A DNA stretch of 64,000 nucleotides, from positions 1-64,000 of IMG/VR virus record IMGVR_UViG_3300046170_000449. One strand, given 5' to 3'. The DNA is from a virus. Positions 38,466-48,242 of the stretch are shown here, piece by piece. Below the pieces are notes generated by a model. The model made no database searches. It worked only from the letters and a program-made list of their open reading frames with translations, and was not told where the DNA came from. Positions within the stretch are counted from its first letter, which is position 1, and every line of letters starts with the position of its first letter. A program made the position numbers and the translations under genes.

Positions 38466-40685
38466 GTGGCAAATAGAAAAATTACGCAATTTCCAGCGAT
38501 CAGTCCCATCGACATAGTCGATGATGATTTGGTAACTCTGGTCTCAGTATTTGAGATTGATCCTGCATTACGTAATAAGAAATTAAATTTTAGTGGTCTT
38601 CGTGTTTACCTAGACCAGTATTATATCAACCAAGGTGAGACGGATCCGTTCACTGTTGGCAACGTATTGGTTACTGGACACGCCTCTATTTATGGGGATC
38701 AAAATCTCCGTGGAAATTTAACAGCATCAGGTACTAGTTTATTTGAATCAGAAGTAGCAATAAATTCAAATTTAATTGTCGGTAATAATGTTTCAGTAAC
38801 GGGTAATATCACAGCCAACCAAGTCGATGCTCAGAATTTACTTGGTGATTATCTTGAAGTAGTCTCAGGTAACTTTACTATTGCTACTGGTACAGTAAGC
38901 GATTTTACGAGTGGGTATTTTGATTATGCTTCTGGTACCACAATCACTGGTGATAATGTCGGCATTGAAAGCGGTACGGTCGTTGACTTAACCGTTATTC
39001 GTGGTATTGATGCTGTCAGTGGTTATTTTGATTATCTGATCGTTGATGAATTTGTTGTCTCTGGTGTCACTACTACTGGGGATATTAATGCTAACAATAT
39101 TAATTCAATAGGAACGATTTCAGGAGCCATCATTACTGGTGACAGCGGTCAGTTTACTAATATAACTGGAATCCTTGGTGTATTTGATACAGTTTCAGGT
39201 GCCACTATTACTGGTAACACGGTTTTATTTACAGAAGCAACAGGTACTAATTTACGTGTAACCTCGGGTGACTTTAACCAGCTAGTAGCTAGCGGTTTTT
39301 ATGGGGAGACTGTTACAGGCATTGTAGCAACTTTTACTGACGCATTTATACAGAATAATTTAACAATCACGGGTAATTTAAATATCACAGGTGACTTAAT
39401 TGTTGATGAACTTACAGCGATCAGTGGTGATTTTTCTTACATATCTGGGACCACGATCACGGGAGATACTATTAATGCTGATTTAATTAACGTAGATATA
39501 TTAAATGCGGCTAACTTAAGTTTCTCCGGGGACCAAACGGTTAGTGGTAGTTTTACCATTGTTGAAAATTTATTCCTTAACGGATCAGGTTTTATTGGTG
39601 GTGATTTATCTATCACTGGATTGGTTTCTGGTACAACTATCACAGGCACCAGTGGTACATTTAACACAATTGTCTCTGCACCTATCATTAGTGGTACAGA
39701 TGGTTTCTTTGATGTCTTAGTAGTCTCTCAAACTGCTACAATCACGGGTGACCTACAAGCACACGACATCACAGCAACTGGAAACCTTGATGTTACTAGT
39801 GGTTTGGTTGTTAATGGAACAACAGAACTAAGTGGAGACCTAAACCTGAGCGGTGATTTCTCTATCGTCAGTGGCAATATTACAGGCGATGGTAACACTA
39901 CTATTAGTGGTATTGAATATATCCATGCGGCTAGTGGTTTATTTACTAACGATCTAGATGTTGATGGCAACGTAATTATTTCAGGAAACCTGGACGTAAG
40001 CGGTACAACAACTTTTGATGAATTAAATATTTTAAGTGGATTAGTTGTAAGTGGTGACCTATTCGTTTCTGGTCAAGTCATTGTTGATGACAATGTTATC
40101 GTCAGTGAAAATATTACTGCTATTACTGGTATCTTTACAACAATTACAGGTAATGCTGCAAACTTTACTTCAGGCAGCTTTGTTGATTTAAAAGCTATTA
40201 CGGTTAGTGGTACAAATTTAAATTATACAAATGTCACGGGGATCACTATTACTGGTGAAAACCTCTTAGGCACTAACGGTACATTTACTCAGTTAACCGG
40301 TGTAACAATTACTGGTTCAAGTATTTCAACAACTACTGGACATTTTGATAATTTATTAGTTGGTAATGAAATTATTATTGACGCAGATTTAAGCATCAGT
40401 GGAAATGCTTTTGTTACAAGTGGTGTAAATGTCGGAGGTGATGTCACTGTTAGCGGAACAGTTACTTCGCACTCTGATTTTATAGTACTCTCAGGCCAAG
40501 CTGAATTCCCATGGGGTACTCAAACTGCACCAGGTATTACATTCACAGGTGATTTAAATACAGGTTTCCATAACCCATCCGGTGAAATGATTGATGCAAC
40601 AGTCAATGGTAAGCGAGGATGGACAATTGAATCTGGAACAGGAAACAGTGAAGGACGACATGTCTTAACGATTTGGAATATTTAA
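38466..40685 (+). CDS. tail fibre/spike protein with beta-solenoid repeats
   Basis: MANRKITQFP N-terminus; repeated SGxTITG and G[DN]LxVxG units. Confidence 0.7.
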   Translation: MANRKITQFPAISPIDIVDDDLVTLVSVFEIDPALRNKKLNFSGLRVYLDQYYINQGETDPFTVGNVLVTGHASIYGDQNLRGNLTASGTSLFESEVAINSNLIVGNNVSVTGNITANQVDAQNLLGDYLEVVSGNFTIATGTVSDFTSGYFDYASGTTITGDNVGIESGTVVDLTVIRGIDAVSGYFDYLIVDEFVVSGVTTTGDINANNINSIGTISGAIITGDSGQFTNITGILGVFDTVSGATITGNTVLFTEATGTNLRVTSGDFNQLVASGFYGETVTGIVATFTDAFIQNNLTITGNLNITGDLIVDELTAISGDFSYISGTTITGDTINADLINVDILNAANLSFSGDQTVSGSFTIVENLFLNGSGFIGGDLSITGLVSGTTITGTSGTFNTIVSAPIISGTDGFFDVLVVSQTATITGDLQAHDITATGNLDVTSGLVVNGTTELSGDLNLSGDFSIVSGNITGDGNTTISGIEYIHAASGLFTNDLDVDGNVIISGNLDVSGTTTFDELNILSGLVVSGDLFVSGQVIVDDNVIVSENITAITGIFTTITGNAANFTSGSFVDLKAITVSGTNLNYTNVTGITITGENLLGTNGTFTQLTGVTITGSSISTTTGHFDNLLVGNEIIIDADLSISGNAFVTSGVNVGGDVTVSGTVTSHSDFIVLSGQAEFPWGTQTAPGITFTGDLNTGFHNPSGEMIDATVNGKRGWTIESGTGNSEGRHVLTIWNI

Positions 40686-40725
40686 AGTAGAATACATTTA
40701 TATGTGTTAAGCACAAGGTAAAAAA

Positions 40726-43242
40726 ATGGCTCCTCAGTACGGCGAAGTTCGCGTTGATTATATTACATATACTACGGGTGTTTCTCCAAACGAAGGAAAC
40801 GCTACCCTTTATGTTTCTGGTTTAGTAAATAAGCCAACTTTTAGTGGCGATGTTGTAATAAAAGGAGACCTTACTGTTGAAGGTGATATTGTTGCCTCTG
40901 GTGATGTCACTTTTGATCAAGGCTTAACTGTCAGTGGGAATACAAATTTAAATGTTCTAACGGTAACTGGTAATTCTCAACTTGATGATCTGTTTGTTGG
41001 TAATGATGCTACTGTCACAGGCAATACAAACCTTAAAGGTAATTTAGTTGTAGGTGGTACCACAACAGTCACTGGTATCAGTACTTTTATAGCCGATGGT
41101 TATTTCAGTAGTAGCCTTTATGTTAGTAATAACGCAACAGTAACAGGAAGCTTATCCGTAGAAAAAATAAGTGTTAGTTCTGGTACTGCTGCAGCACCTA
41201 CTTATACGTTTAGTGGTGATACAGATAACGGTTTATATTATGCAGGAACTAACAGTATTGGTCTAGCCACTAATGGCACCAATGCAATATTAATCGACAG
41301 CGCGGGCAACGTCGGCATCGGCAGTTCATCGCCAATTAAACCATTAGATATTCAAGGTCCGCCTGCCGAACTTAGGCTTAACTCTACTTCGAATGCTTAT
41401 GCTCGTTTTACTCATGCTCATAGCGGCGCATCACTATGGACTGTAGGCACTAGAACAGACGAAGATTATTATATTTGGAGAGAAAGTGCTGCTACAACTG
41501 CAGATGCCAATGTTCTAATTCCTAGCGGCAACGTCGGCATCGGAACTAGCTTGCCCAGCGAAAAACTTAGTGTAAGCGGAAATGGTGCTTTTACTGGCAA
41601 TGCAAGTGCTGCAAGTTTTATTCCCACTGGCAGCACAACACCTACAAATGGTGTTTATTTACCTGCGGCGAATCAGCTAGCTATCAGCACTAATGGTGTT
41701 GAGCGCGTTGAGTTTGGCACCAGCGAAGTGGTGTTCAATGATGGCGGTGCTGATGTTGACTTCAGGGTTGAAGGCGACACTAAATCTAGTTTGTTCTTGA
41801 TTGACGCAGGAAATAATAGCATTCAGACCGATGGCCCTATTGGCGTAGGCGGTGCTAACTATGGAACAGCAGGTCAAGTACTTGTCTCTAATGGATCCAG
41901 TGCAGCCCCAACCTGGGAGCAAATTACTCCATCCGCAGTCTTTGGCTGGGACCACGACGATGATACTTATGGGCTTTATCTGCCAGGTACCAGCATCAAA
42001 GTCAGCGACCTTACGGGCGCGGTAGACATTGACGTTCAATCGCGAATGCGTCGTTGTGTCATTAACGATGCTGGGGTTGTTCAGTATTACCTAGACGCTG
42101 ATGACAGCGACATGAAAGCAGGCGATTGGCTTCGCATTATAGAAACTGAAGCACTTGACACTGCTTATACTGGCACAATTAGTGAAAGCACAAATAGTTC
42201 ACTTCGTGTCGGTGTACCGGCATGGGCTGCTGGTACGTTCACCGTGGGGCAGCGTGTTACGAATGGCGGGTACTTGTGGGAATGCCTTGCAGCCACTTCA
42301 ACGGCTACACCTGCCGCTGGCGCAGTAGCAAGTGACCTTACAGGTACTGATGGTCAAGTGGTTGTTGAGGTGCCTGCATTCAGCGTACGTTACGGCTTCT
42401 TAAATGGTGTTCACACCCGTGAAGTCAAATTGGGTTGTAACGATGTTCTTATTGCCCAAGGTTTCCGACCACATCCTGCATTTATCAAGACAGACGGTAC
42501 TTACAAAAGTGCGTTTTATTTTGGGGCTTATCACACCTATGCCGATGCTGGCACTGGATCTAGCGTAAGCGGTCAAATAAATACCCGCAACCAAGACCGC
42601 AACACCTTCCGCACCGAAGCCGCAGCACGTGGCACTGGATGGCATGTATTGTCTTACTTAGAGCTGGCTGCTATTCAAACACTGCTTGTTTGCGAGTTTC
42701 AGGATTACAACTCACAAAAAGTGATTGGTAATGGCTCTGATACTGGCACAACTTATGGAGTGACAACAGGTCAAAGTGATGGTGATGGTAATCACAGCGT
42801 CAACAGCACTGATAACGTTTCCAAGAGTGATAATTACATGTCATATCGCGGCATTGAAAATCTTTATGGTCGCGCGTGGCAAGTAGTTGACGGCATAAAC
42901 GCTTATGAGCGAGTGGTCTATTTGACGAATGATCAAACAGCTTTTGCAGACGACACTGCTGATGGTTATGACTTTTACGCTCAGGTTCCAATTGGATCAT
43001 CGTCATACCAGAAAGAGCTACATCCGTTAGCAGATGTATTTTTACCGTCTGTTGTGACGGGAGCAAGCAACACGACGTACCTGGGAGATGCTTTCTGGAG
43101 CTCTACCGGGTGGCGTATAACCATTGTGGGGGGCCGTTCCGCCATTGCCTTTGCCGGTGGGGCCTTCTGCTTGGATCTGGAACGTAATTCGGACATTGCG
43201 CGCGCGAGCATTGGGTCTCGCCTGGCGTATGCTGAAAATTAA
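40726..43242 (+). CDS. receptor-binding tail fibre with C-terminal CLec (Mtd-like) domain
   Basis: GNVGIG repeats; YRGIENLYGRAW...DG and terminal VGG...GAF...IGSRL. Confidence 0.75.
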   Translation: MAPQYGEVRVDYITYTTGVSPNEGNATLYVSGLVNKPTFSGDVVIKGDLTVEGDIVASGDVTFDQGLTVSGNTNLNVLTVTGNSQLDDLFVGNDATVTGNTNLKGNLVVGGTTTVTGISTFIADGYFSSSLYVSNNATVTGSLSVEKISVSSGTAAAPTYTFSGDTDNGLYYAGTNSIGLATNGTNAILIDSAGNVGIGSSSPIKPLDIQGPPAELRLNSTSNAYARFTHAHSGASLWTVGTRTDEDYYIWRESAATTADANVLIPSGNVGIGTSLPSEKLSVSGNGAFTGNASAASFIPTGSTTPTNGVYLPAANQLAISTNGVERVEFGTSEVVFNDGGADVDFRVEGDTKSSLFLIDAGNNSIQTDGPIGVGGANYGTAGQVLVSNGSSAAPTWEQITPSAVFGWDHDDDTYGLYLPGTSIKVSDLTGAVDIDVQSRMRRCVINDAGVVQYYLDADDSDMKAGDWLRIIETEALDTAYTGTISESTNSSLRVGVPAWAAGTFTVGQRVTNGGYLWECLAATSTATPAAGAVASDLTGTDGQVVVEVPAFSVRYGFLNGVHTREVKLGCNDVLIAQGFRPHPAFIKTDGTYKSAFYFGAYHTYADAGTGSSVSGQINTRNQDRNTFRTEAAARGTGWHVLSYLELAAIQTLLVCEFQDYNSQKVIGNGSDTGTTYGVTTGQSDGDGNHSVNSTDNVSKSDNYMSYRGIENLYGRAWQVVDGINAYERVVYLTNDQTAFADDTADGYDFYAQVPIGSSSYQKELHPLADVFLPSVVTGASNTTYLGDAFWSSTGWRITIVGGRSAIAFAGGAFCLDLERNSDIARASIGSRLAYAEN
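41305..41543 (+). repeat. 17-nt direct repeat GGCAACGTCGGCATCGG (41305-41321 and 41527-41543)
   Basis: identical copies encoding GNVGIG, 222 nt apart. Confidence 0.8.
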
Positions 43243-43347
43243 GAAAAGCTATACTTATACGGTGATGCCAAGGATCTTTTTGCGGTTGGCTTCGGTAAGC
43301 TGATACTGCTAAACTAATAAACGAAAGCGTATTGCCAGCCAAATCCC

Positions 43348-43716
43348 GTGTCAAAGCCTAACTTCGTAAATTACGGCAGCGATTATCCCAGACCTCGCTT
43401 CGTCAAGAATGAGTGGCTTGTTCCGTATGCCGTTACCCCAAGCACTGATGAGGATGGCGTAATTAGCTACGAAGCAAGCGAAGTTGCAAGCAAGACGCTA
43501 TTTGCACACGATCTTAATGCCGTGGTTCCAGCAGGTAATGATGCTGACGTGATTGAAGCCGTTAAATACGGGATCAGATTGCAACGAGCAGCGAAATACC
43601 CACCGATTCAAGATTTTTTAGACGGGACCGCCAAAGGCGATCAAGACCAAATCGATAAATACAAGGCTGCCTGTCTTGCAGTGAAGGCAAAGTACCCGTT
43701 CCCCGAGGAGCAGTAG
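43348..43716 (+). CDS. tail fibre assembly/chaperone-like protein
   Basis: RAAKYPPIQDFLD...AVKAKYP motif, after fibre gene. Confidence 0.65.
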   Translation: MSKPNFVNYGSDYPRPRFVKNEWLVPYAVTPSTDEDGVISYEASEVASKTLFAHDLNAVVPAGNDADVIEAVKYGIRLQRAAKYPPIQDFLDGTAKGDQDQIDKYKAACLAVKAKYPFPEEQ

Positions 43717-43750
43717 TATCAAAAGCGCACACCAACCGAAGAGACAACTG

Positions 43751-44434
43751 ATGTCAATCAATCTGAACAAGGCAGCTAAATACTATAAAGAAGAGCCCCA
43801 TCAACTAGCTGCCTGGAACTGGTTAGAAAGCCAGTTATCCGAAGCTACGCTTGATCAGTTTGCTGAGATGTACCGCGCTGGTCCAGTAAATCCCAGCACT
43901 AACATCATTACACCACAGATCTGTCAACAATTAACTGGTTATTCAGCCAGTGCTTTTGACGATACCTTCTGTGGTGACTTTAATAAGTTGTTATCTATGA
44001 CTGGCTTTGACCAACATAGAGAAGCAATGTGCATGTTGATTGCGAATCTTATGCATGAAACTGGTAATTTCAAGTGGATGTCTGAGATTGCGGACGGCTC
44101 AGCCTATGAGGGCCGTACTGATCTTGGAAACACGCACCCAGGTGATGGGAAAAAGTACAAAGGAGCTGGAGTTTTAATGCTGACAGGCAGGTATAACTAC
44201 TCACGTGCAGCAGAAAAACTACAGGATCCGCTTATCTTGGAACGCGGATGGAAATATGTAACAGATCATTATCCGTTTAGGTCTGCCTTAGGCTGGATTG
44301 AAGATAATAATCTGTTAAATGTCTGTCTCACAAAAGGATTCGACGACTGTTGTTACCGAATCAACGGAGGTTGGAACGGATATCAGGACCGAGCAGACAA
44401 GTATGCCATCGCTAAAAAGGTCTTCGGGGTTTAG
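43751..44434 (+). CDS. endolysin, glycoside hydrolase family 19
   Basis: HETG...E...YEGRTDLGN...DGKKYKGAG..LTGRYNY...INGGWNG. Confidence 0.9.
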   Translation: MSINLNKAAKYYKEEPHQLAAWNWLESQLSEATLDQFAEMYRAGPVNPSTNIITPQICQQLTGYSASAFDDTFCGDFNKLLSMTGFDQHREAMCMLIANLMHETGNFKWMSEIADGSAYEGRTDLGNTHPGDGKKYKGAGVLMLTGRYNYSRAAEKLQDPLILERGWKYVTDHYPFRSALGWIEDNNLLNVCLTKGFDDCCYRINGGWNGYQDRADKYAIAKKVFGV

Positions 44435-44505
44435 TTCTACCATTATTCTTTTTCTTGGGTTATGGGCTCTTACGTCCATAACTGTTTTACTTCGGGCGAT
44501 GTACA

Positions 44506-44655
44506 ATGTCTAAAGATAAAGACATCAAAGTAAACCTTTGCTACGAGCTTAATAAAGAACGTAAGTGTCAAACTCTTTCCAAAGAAGATGCTTACACTAC
44601 TCGTAAGTGGGTTGAAGGAGAAGGCGGTTTTGTTTGGTGGTTCAATCCTCTTTGA
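44506..44655 (+). CDS. small hypothetical protein (not in ORF track)
   Basis: 49 aa MSKDKDIKVNLCY...GGFVWWFNPL. Confidence 0.5.
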   Translation: MSKDKDIKVNLCYELNKERKCQTLSKEDAYTTRKWVEGEGGFVWWFNPL

Positions 44656-44884
44656 TCCATGGAGCTTTTGCACGTAGCTTCCATCCATCAATACTAATCT
44701 CTGGCTCCTTCACTTCAGTAGGTTTCCAGTTAGATTCTTTTTTATATTGCTCAACCGCAACATCTAAACGATGATGAGTTAATGCAAGGTTTTTTCGCCG
44801 TTGAATTTCTTCTTCGATATCTCTGCTACCAGCAGAATTCCACTCCCATAGGGAAAGAGAATCCATGGGAGTGAGTCCTTTCAC
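44642..44884 (-). CDS. hypothetical protein
   Basis: GTGA overlap with upstream minus-strand gene. Confidence 0.55.
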   Translation of the reverse strand: MKGLTPMDSLSLWEWNSAGSRDIEEEIQRRKNLALTHHRLDVAVEQYKKESNWKPTEVKEPEISIDGWKLRAKAPWIKED

Positions 44885-45030
44885 TTTTTTAGCGTCTTGG
44901 GCTTTAAGTTTAACAAAGCACGAAGAATAAGTTCGACGACACTATTGTCTTTATACTTACTCATGCCAATAATTTCACTGGCAGCAGCAATAATGATCCA
45001 GGTAATTGGACTAGAAAGTACGTCTTGCAT
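44881..45030 (-). CDS. holin-like small membrane protein (not in ORF track)
   Basis: 49 aa MQDVLSSPITWIIIAAASEIIGMSKYKDNSVVELILRALL..., basic C-terminus, near endolysin. Confidence 0.55.
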   Translation of the reverse strand: MQDVLSSPITWIIIAAASEIIGMSKYKDNSVVELILRALLNLKPKTLKK

Positions 45031-45054
45031 TTTTAAAGTGCGGCTATAACTATT

Positions 45055-45792
45055 CTACCGGTCAAATTCCTGGTGAATACAATCTAGATCTAAGTGTTTA
45101 AAAACATGCTTATTGATTTTTTTCTTTTCTGTTTTTGTTTCCCAAAAGTATTCTTCACTTTCACCTAGTCTTCCCCATTTAGCAGAAGGGGTTTCTACAT
45201 TAAAATAGCGCGATGAGACGAGGAAGTCGGGGGTTTCAAGTCCTTCAGGGGACAACGATATGTCAATAACACAACACCTGTTATTAGGGTAGGCCGCCAA
45301 CTGACCAGTAGACAGTTCGATGATGTTGAAAGACTTGTGTTCTTCTGGCGTTTCGGAGAAAGATAAATCAGCCCTATCGCGGTCCCCATGAAAAGAGTCG
45401 ATAGTAAACAAATAACTACCGGAGATTGAGCCTTGAGTCTTTGTCCTGACTTCCCAGCCCATTGAATAGGGAAGATTTTTTTCGATACAGGTGATGTCAT
45501 GACTAAAGCAATTCCAGAATTGTAGTTCTTCTAAAGGCAAGTCTGGCACAGGCTTTTGAGGTTTATCAGGTGAGTCAGAGTCCCAACTTAAAAAGGCCGA
45601 GATCGGGAGCTTGTCGTAAAGCGCACCATAAGACGGGATATAAGTTTCAAAATAAAACGCCCTCCCAGGTAAAGACTTAACAGAAACCCAATAACCAATA
45701 ACATATTCACCATGGGAATGACGACAATCATAGAGGTATTCTTTTCTAATCCAAACCTTCACAGGTGGGACGTTGGCTATTAAGGTCGCCAT
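45055..45792 (-). CDS. conserved marine phage hypothetical protein
   Basis: LIANVPP..VWIRKEYLYD...LYDKLPISAF...AYPNNR. Confidence 0.7.
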   Translation of the reverse strand: MATLIANVPPVKVWIRKEYLYDCRHSHGEYVIGYWVSVKSLPGRAFYFETYIPSYGALYDKLPISAFLSWDSDSPDKPQKPVPDLPLEELQFWNCFSHDITCIEKNLPYSMGWEVRTKTQGSISGSYLFTIDSFHGDRDRADLSFSETPEEHKSFNIIELSTGQLAAYPNNRCCVIDISLSPEGLETPDFLVSSRYFNVETPSAKWGRLGESEEYFWETKTEKKKINKHVFKHLDLDCIHQEFDR

Positions 45793-45795
45793 CAA

Positions 45796-45942
45796 TTAAA
45801 GGTCGAATATCTTGCACTCTAATGCCCAAGGCTCTTCTTTGCAGTACACTTTGAAGAAATCTTTAGGTTTTGTTTTAGGTTGTTTGTTGTTCCAGTACTT
45901 TTTAATTAACTCAGTCCGTTCAGCTACGACAGGAAAAGCCAT
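45796..45942 (-). CDS. CP12-like protein (C-terminal Cys pair only; not in ORF track)
   Basis: 48 aa ending YCKEEPWALECKIFDL, the CxxxPxxxxC CP12 C-terminal signature. Confidence 0.55.
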   Translation of the reverse strand: MAFPVVAERTELIKKYWNNKQPKTKPKDFFKVYCKEEPWALECKIFDL

Positions 45943-45968
45943 GTGTTTATTGTTTTTTATATTATAAA

Positions 45969-46901
45969 TTATTGTGTGTTTGCGTAAGGCGTAAAGATTC
46001 CAGATGGAAACTTTTCATCCATACCATGGTCTCGTGCCCAAGCTTCTTTCCATTCTGTTAACGAGAGTTCGTGAAGAGTATCTGTCCAGTTTTCTGTTGC
46101 GTCCAAAATAATTTTCCCTGTATCTTGACCTAAATCAGGACCGATGACCCAGGTGATTACACCGCTAGTGGTTGGGTTATTATCATTTACTTGTACAAAA
46201 ACACCACTTGCTATATCTGCATAGGTGACTGAGTAAGCTGAATTTACAGCAAGAGTAATGTCAGTAATAATGTCAGAAGAAATACTAATAAATGGTTCAA
46301 AGCCAAAGACATTTACTCCACTTTCTTGTAATACATAAGAAAGGATTGTGTCTTCCGTTAAAATATATTGTTCACGATCGTCATTGATATCGATAACTAA
46401 ACCAACGCCGTAATTAAACTCCTCATTCCTGGTGGCCGAGACACAGATTAAATAGTTACCTGGCTCCAGCTCGTAGAACATTTCATCGCCTTTATCAAAG
46501 CGTTTAGTATTAAAAGTATTATATAAATCCGACTGTGCGCCAGCCACATTTCCACGGTAAGCTTCAGGCTCTTGTTGGATGATCATACCTTCAATCGGGT
46601 TACGATTTTGGTCATAAACAGCTAGCATTAACCTGCTGTTTACATCTTGATATAAATTCTGTCGTGATGTATTAGTAGTTGAAAGAACAGTGCCTCCCTT
46701 AATTAAAATAATCCAGCCTGCTTTTTCAAGCGTGACTTGAAACCAGTTGTTATATGTATTATTTCCTATACCACCTTCAATAATTTGGGAACGCATACCC
46801 AAAGTACTAGTCAAAAACCTAAGGGAGGTGCGATCAAACTTCCCTAGGTTTAAAGGATTAAATTGCGACCGCTCCCGCTGACTTAAATTTGAATTGGCCA
46901 T
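45969..46901 (-). CDS. hypothetical protein (beta-rich, possibly virion)
   Basis: 310-aa ORF. Confidence 0.65.
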   Translation of the reverse strand: MANSNLSQRERSQFNPLNLGKFDRTSLRFLTSTLGMRSQIIEGGIGNNTYNNWFQVTLEKAGWIILIKGGTVLSTTNTSRQNLYQDVNSRLMLAVYDQNRNPIEGMIIQQEPEAYRGNVAGAQSDLYNTFNTKRFDKGDEMFYELEPGNYLICVSATRNEEFNYGVGLVIDINDDREQYILTEDTILSYVLQESGVNVFGFEPFISISSDIITDITLAVNSAYSVTYADIASGVFVQVNDNNPTTSGVITWVIGPDLGQDTGKIILDATENWTDTLHELSLTEWKEAWARDHGMDEKFPSGIFTPYANTQ

Positions 46902-46927
46902 TCGAGAACTACTGCTATCACACTATT

Positions 46928-47680
46928 CTAAGATTGATTATTTTTTAACGTATTCCAATCAATAATTTTAGTTAAAGGATCTGTTGCCTCCTCAATTTGC
47001 TGCACAACTTCATCGCCTGCTTTAATTTTTACACGATGAGATTCAATTAACAATCTGTTGACTCCGATTCCTAAAGCATTACGTGCATCAAAGGTTGCCA
47101 TCTTATCCTTTTCTAACTCCAAATGTAAGTAATCAAACTTAGTAGGAGGGTGTAGAAAGTTCCATGAAGAAGTCAGGTGCAGAGGATTTAAACACTGCTT
47201 GTTACCACAGGACCTGGTGACGCTCATCTTTCCGATGTCACCATGGAACAGTGTGTACATAACCTTGGGCAGATTTTCGCGGTAGTCACGACCCTTTGAA
47301 TGAAAGTGCGTCTTCCAAGAGTCGTAAGTCAACGTCTTTTTTGACCAGCCTGATTCAGCTTTTGGCGTCCAGCACTTACCTGTATCAGTTATGGACACAT
47401 CAGCTTCTTCTAAGACCTCATTAAAAAAGTGGTAGAACTTCGTTCGATATTGATACTCCATGTAATTAAAGTCAACGCCGCAGAGACCGCTTTGGATCAT
47501 CTTGACGCAGTGGTAGCACCAATGCTTCTCCTTATCCCTAATGGTGTGTCCGCGATGGCATGGTGTGCCCTCATAGAAGCCTTGTTCATCAAGAGATTTA
47601 TAAGGAGAAATGACTCGGAAGCCCAGGCTTTCAATTGCAGCACGTCTACGGAAGGGTCTTTTATGCCTTGGATTAGCCAT
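46928..47680 (-). CDS. HNH-like/Zn-finger protein (degenerate)
   Basis: CHRGH...CYHC and VTRSCGNKQCLNPLHL, with the first His of the HNH motif replaced. Confidence 0.55.
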   Translation of the reverse strand: MANPRHKRPFRRRAAIESLGFRVISPYKSLDEQGFYEGTPCHRGHTIRDKEKHWCYHCVKMIQSGLCGVDFNYMEYQYRTKFYHFFNEVLEEADVSITDTGKCWTPKAESGWSKKTLTYDSWKTHFHSKGRDYRENLPKVMYTLFHGDIGKMSVTRSCGNKQCLNPLHLTSSWNFLHPPTKFDYLHLELEKDKMATFDARNALGIGVNRLLIESHRVKIKAGDEVVQQIEEATDPLTKIIDWNTLKNNQS

Positions 47681-47737
47681 TTAAAGTCATGTCTTTTAAA
47701 AATTCTAGGGGTTTTTGGGGCGATAAACCTTCTGTTT

Positions 47738-48225
47738 GTATCAAGGTGATACCAAAATAACTGAACTTTTAAAAGTTGGGCCTGAACTTTTTGAACTAAG
47801 AAGCCAATGGTAGCAAGGAGTCTCAGGGATTTCAGAAAAGTTGGGGCAGTTTCGGGCCTTATTTCATACCTTTTACTAGAGGATTTGGGGTTTTTGGTGC
47901 ATGTGGCTTTTGTTAGAAAGCTTTACATTTGTTTTTTTTAATTGGTCTCCTTCAAACCCCCCGCTCCCCCCGAGCGCCACCACCACAGCCTTAGATATGA
48001 AGGCAGCCAGGGCCCCTGGTCATTCAAAAAATAAACGTAACGAAATACAACAAAATCCACGCGCCCCAAAAACTACAAATCCCTTAGAGAAGGAGTTAAA
48101 TAGGGGTCTAAACCCCCTGAACTTTTTCTCAATAAGGTGAGAATGACTGGTATGACTGGTGTTTGGGGCACAAAAAGTTCGCAAAAGTTCAGCCGAACTT
48201 TTAGAGCTTTGTATCACCTTGATAC
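47738..48225. repeat. long imperfect inverted repeat (~200-bp arms) with terminal 15-bp palindromes; ori candidate
   Basis: GTATCAAGGTGATAC (47738) and its reverse complement GTATCACCTTGATAC (48211); multiple GAACTTTT/AAAAGTT copies; C-rich spacer. Confidence 0.75.
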
Positions 48226-48242
48226 GTAGAATCTAAAGGAAT

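Noticed and set aside
47760-48202. CRISPR array from GAACTTTT repeats
   Set aside because: The repeats are about 8 nt, in both orientations and irregularly spaced, and there are no cas genes.
47901-48217. ORFs 47901-48140 (+) and 48020-48217 (-)
   Set aside because: They lie inside the inverted repeat, have atypical composition and show no recognisable motifs.
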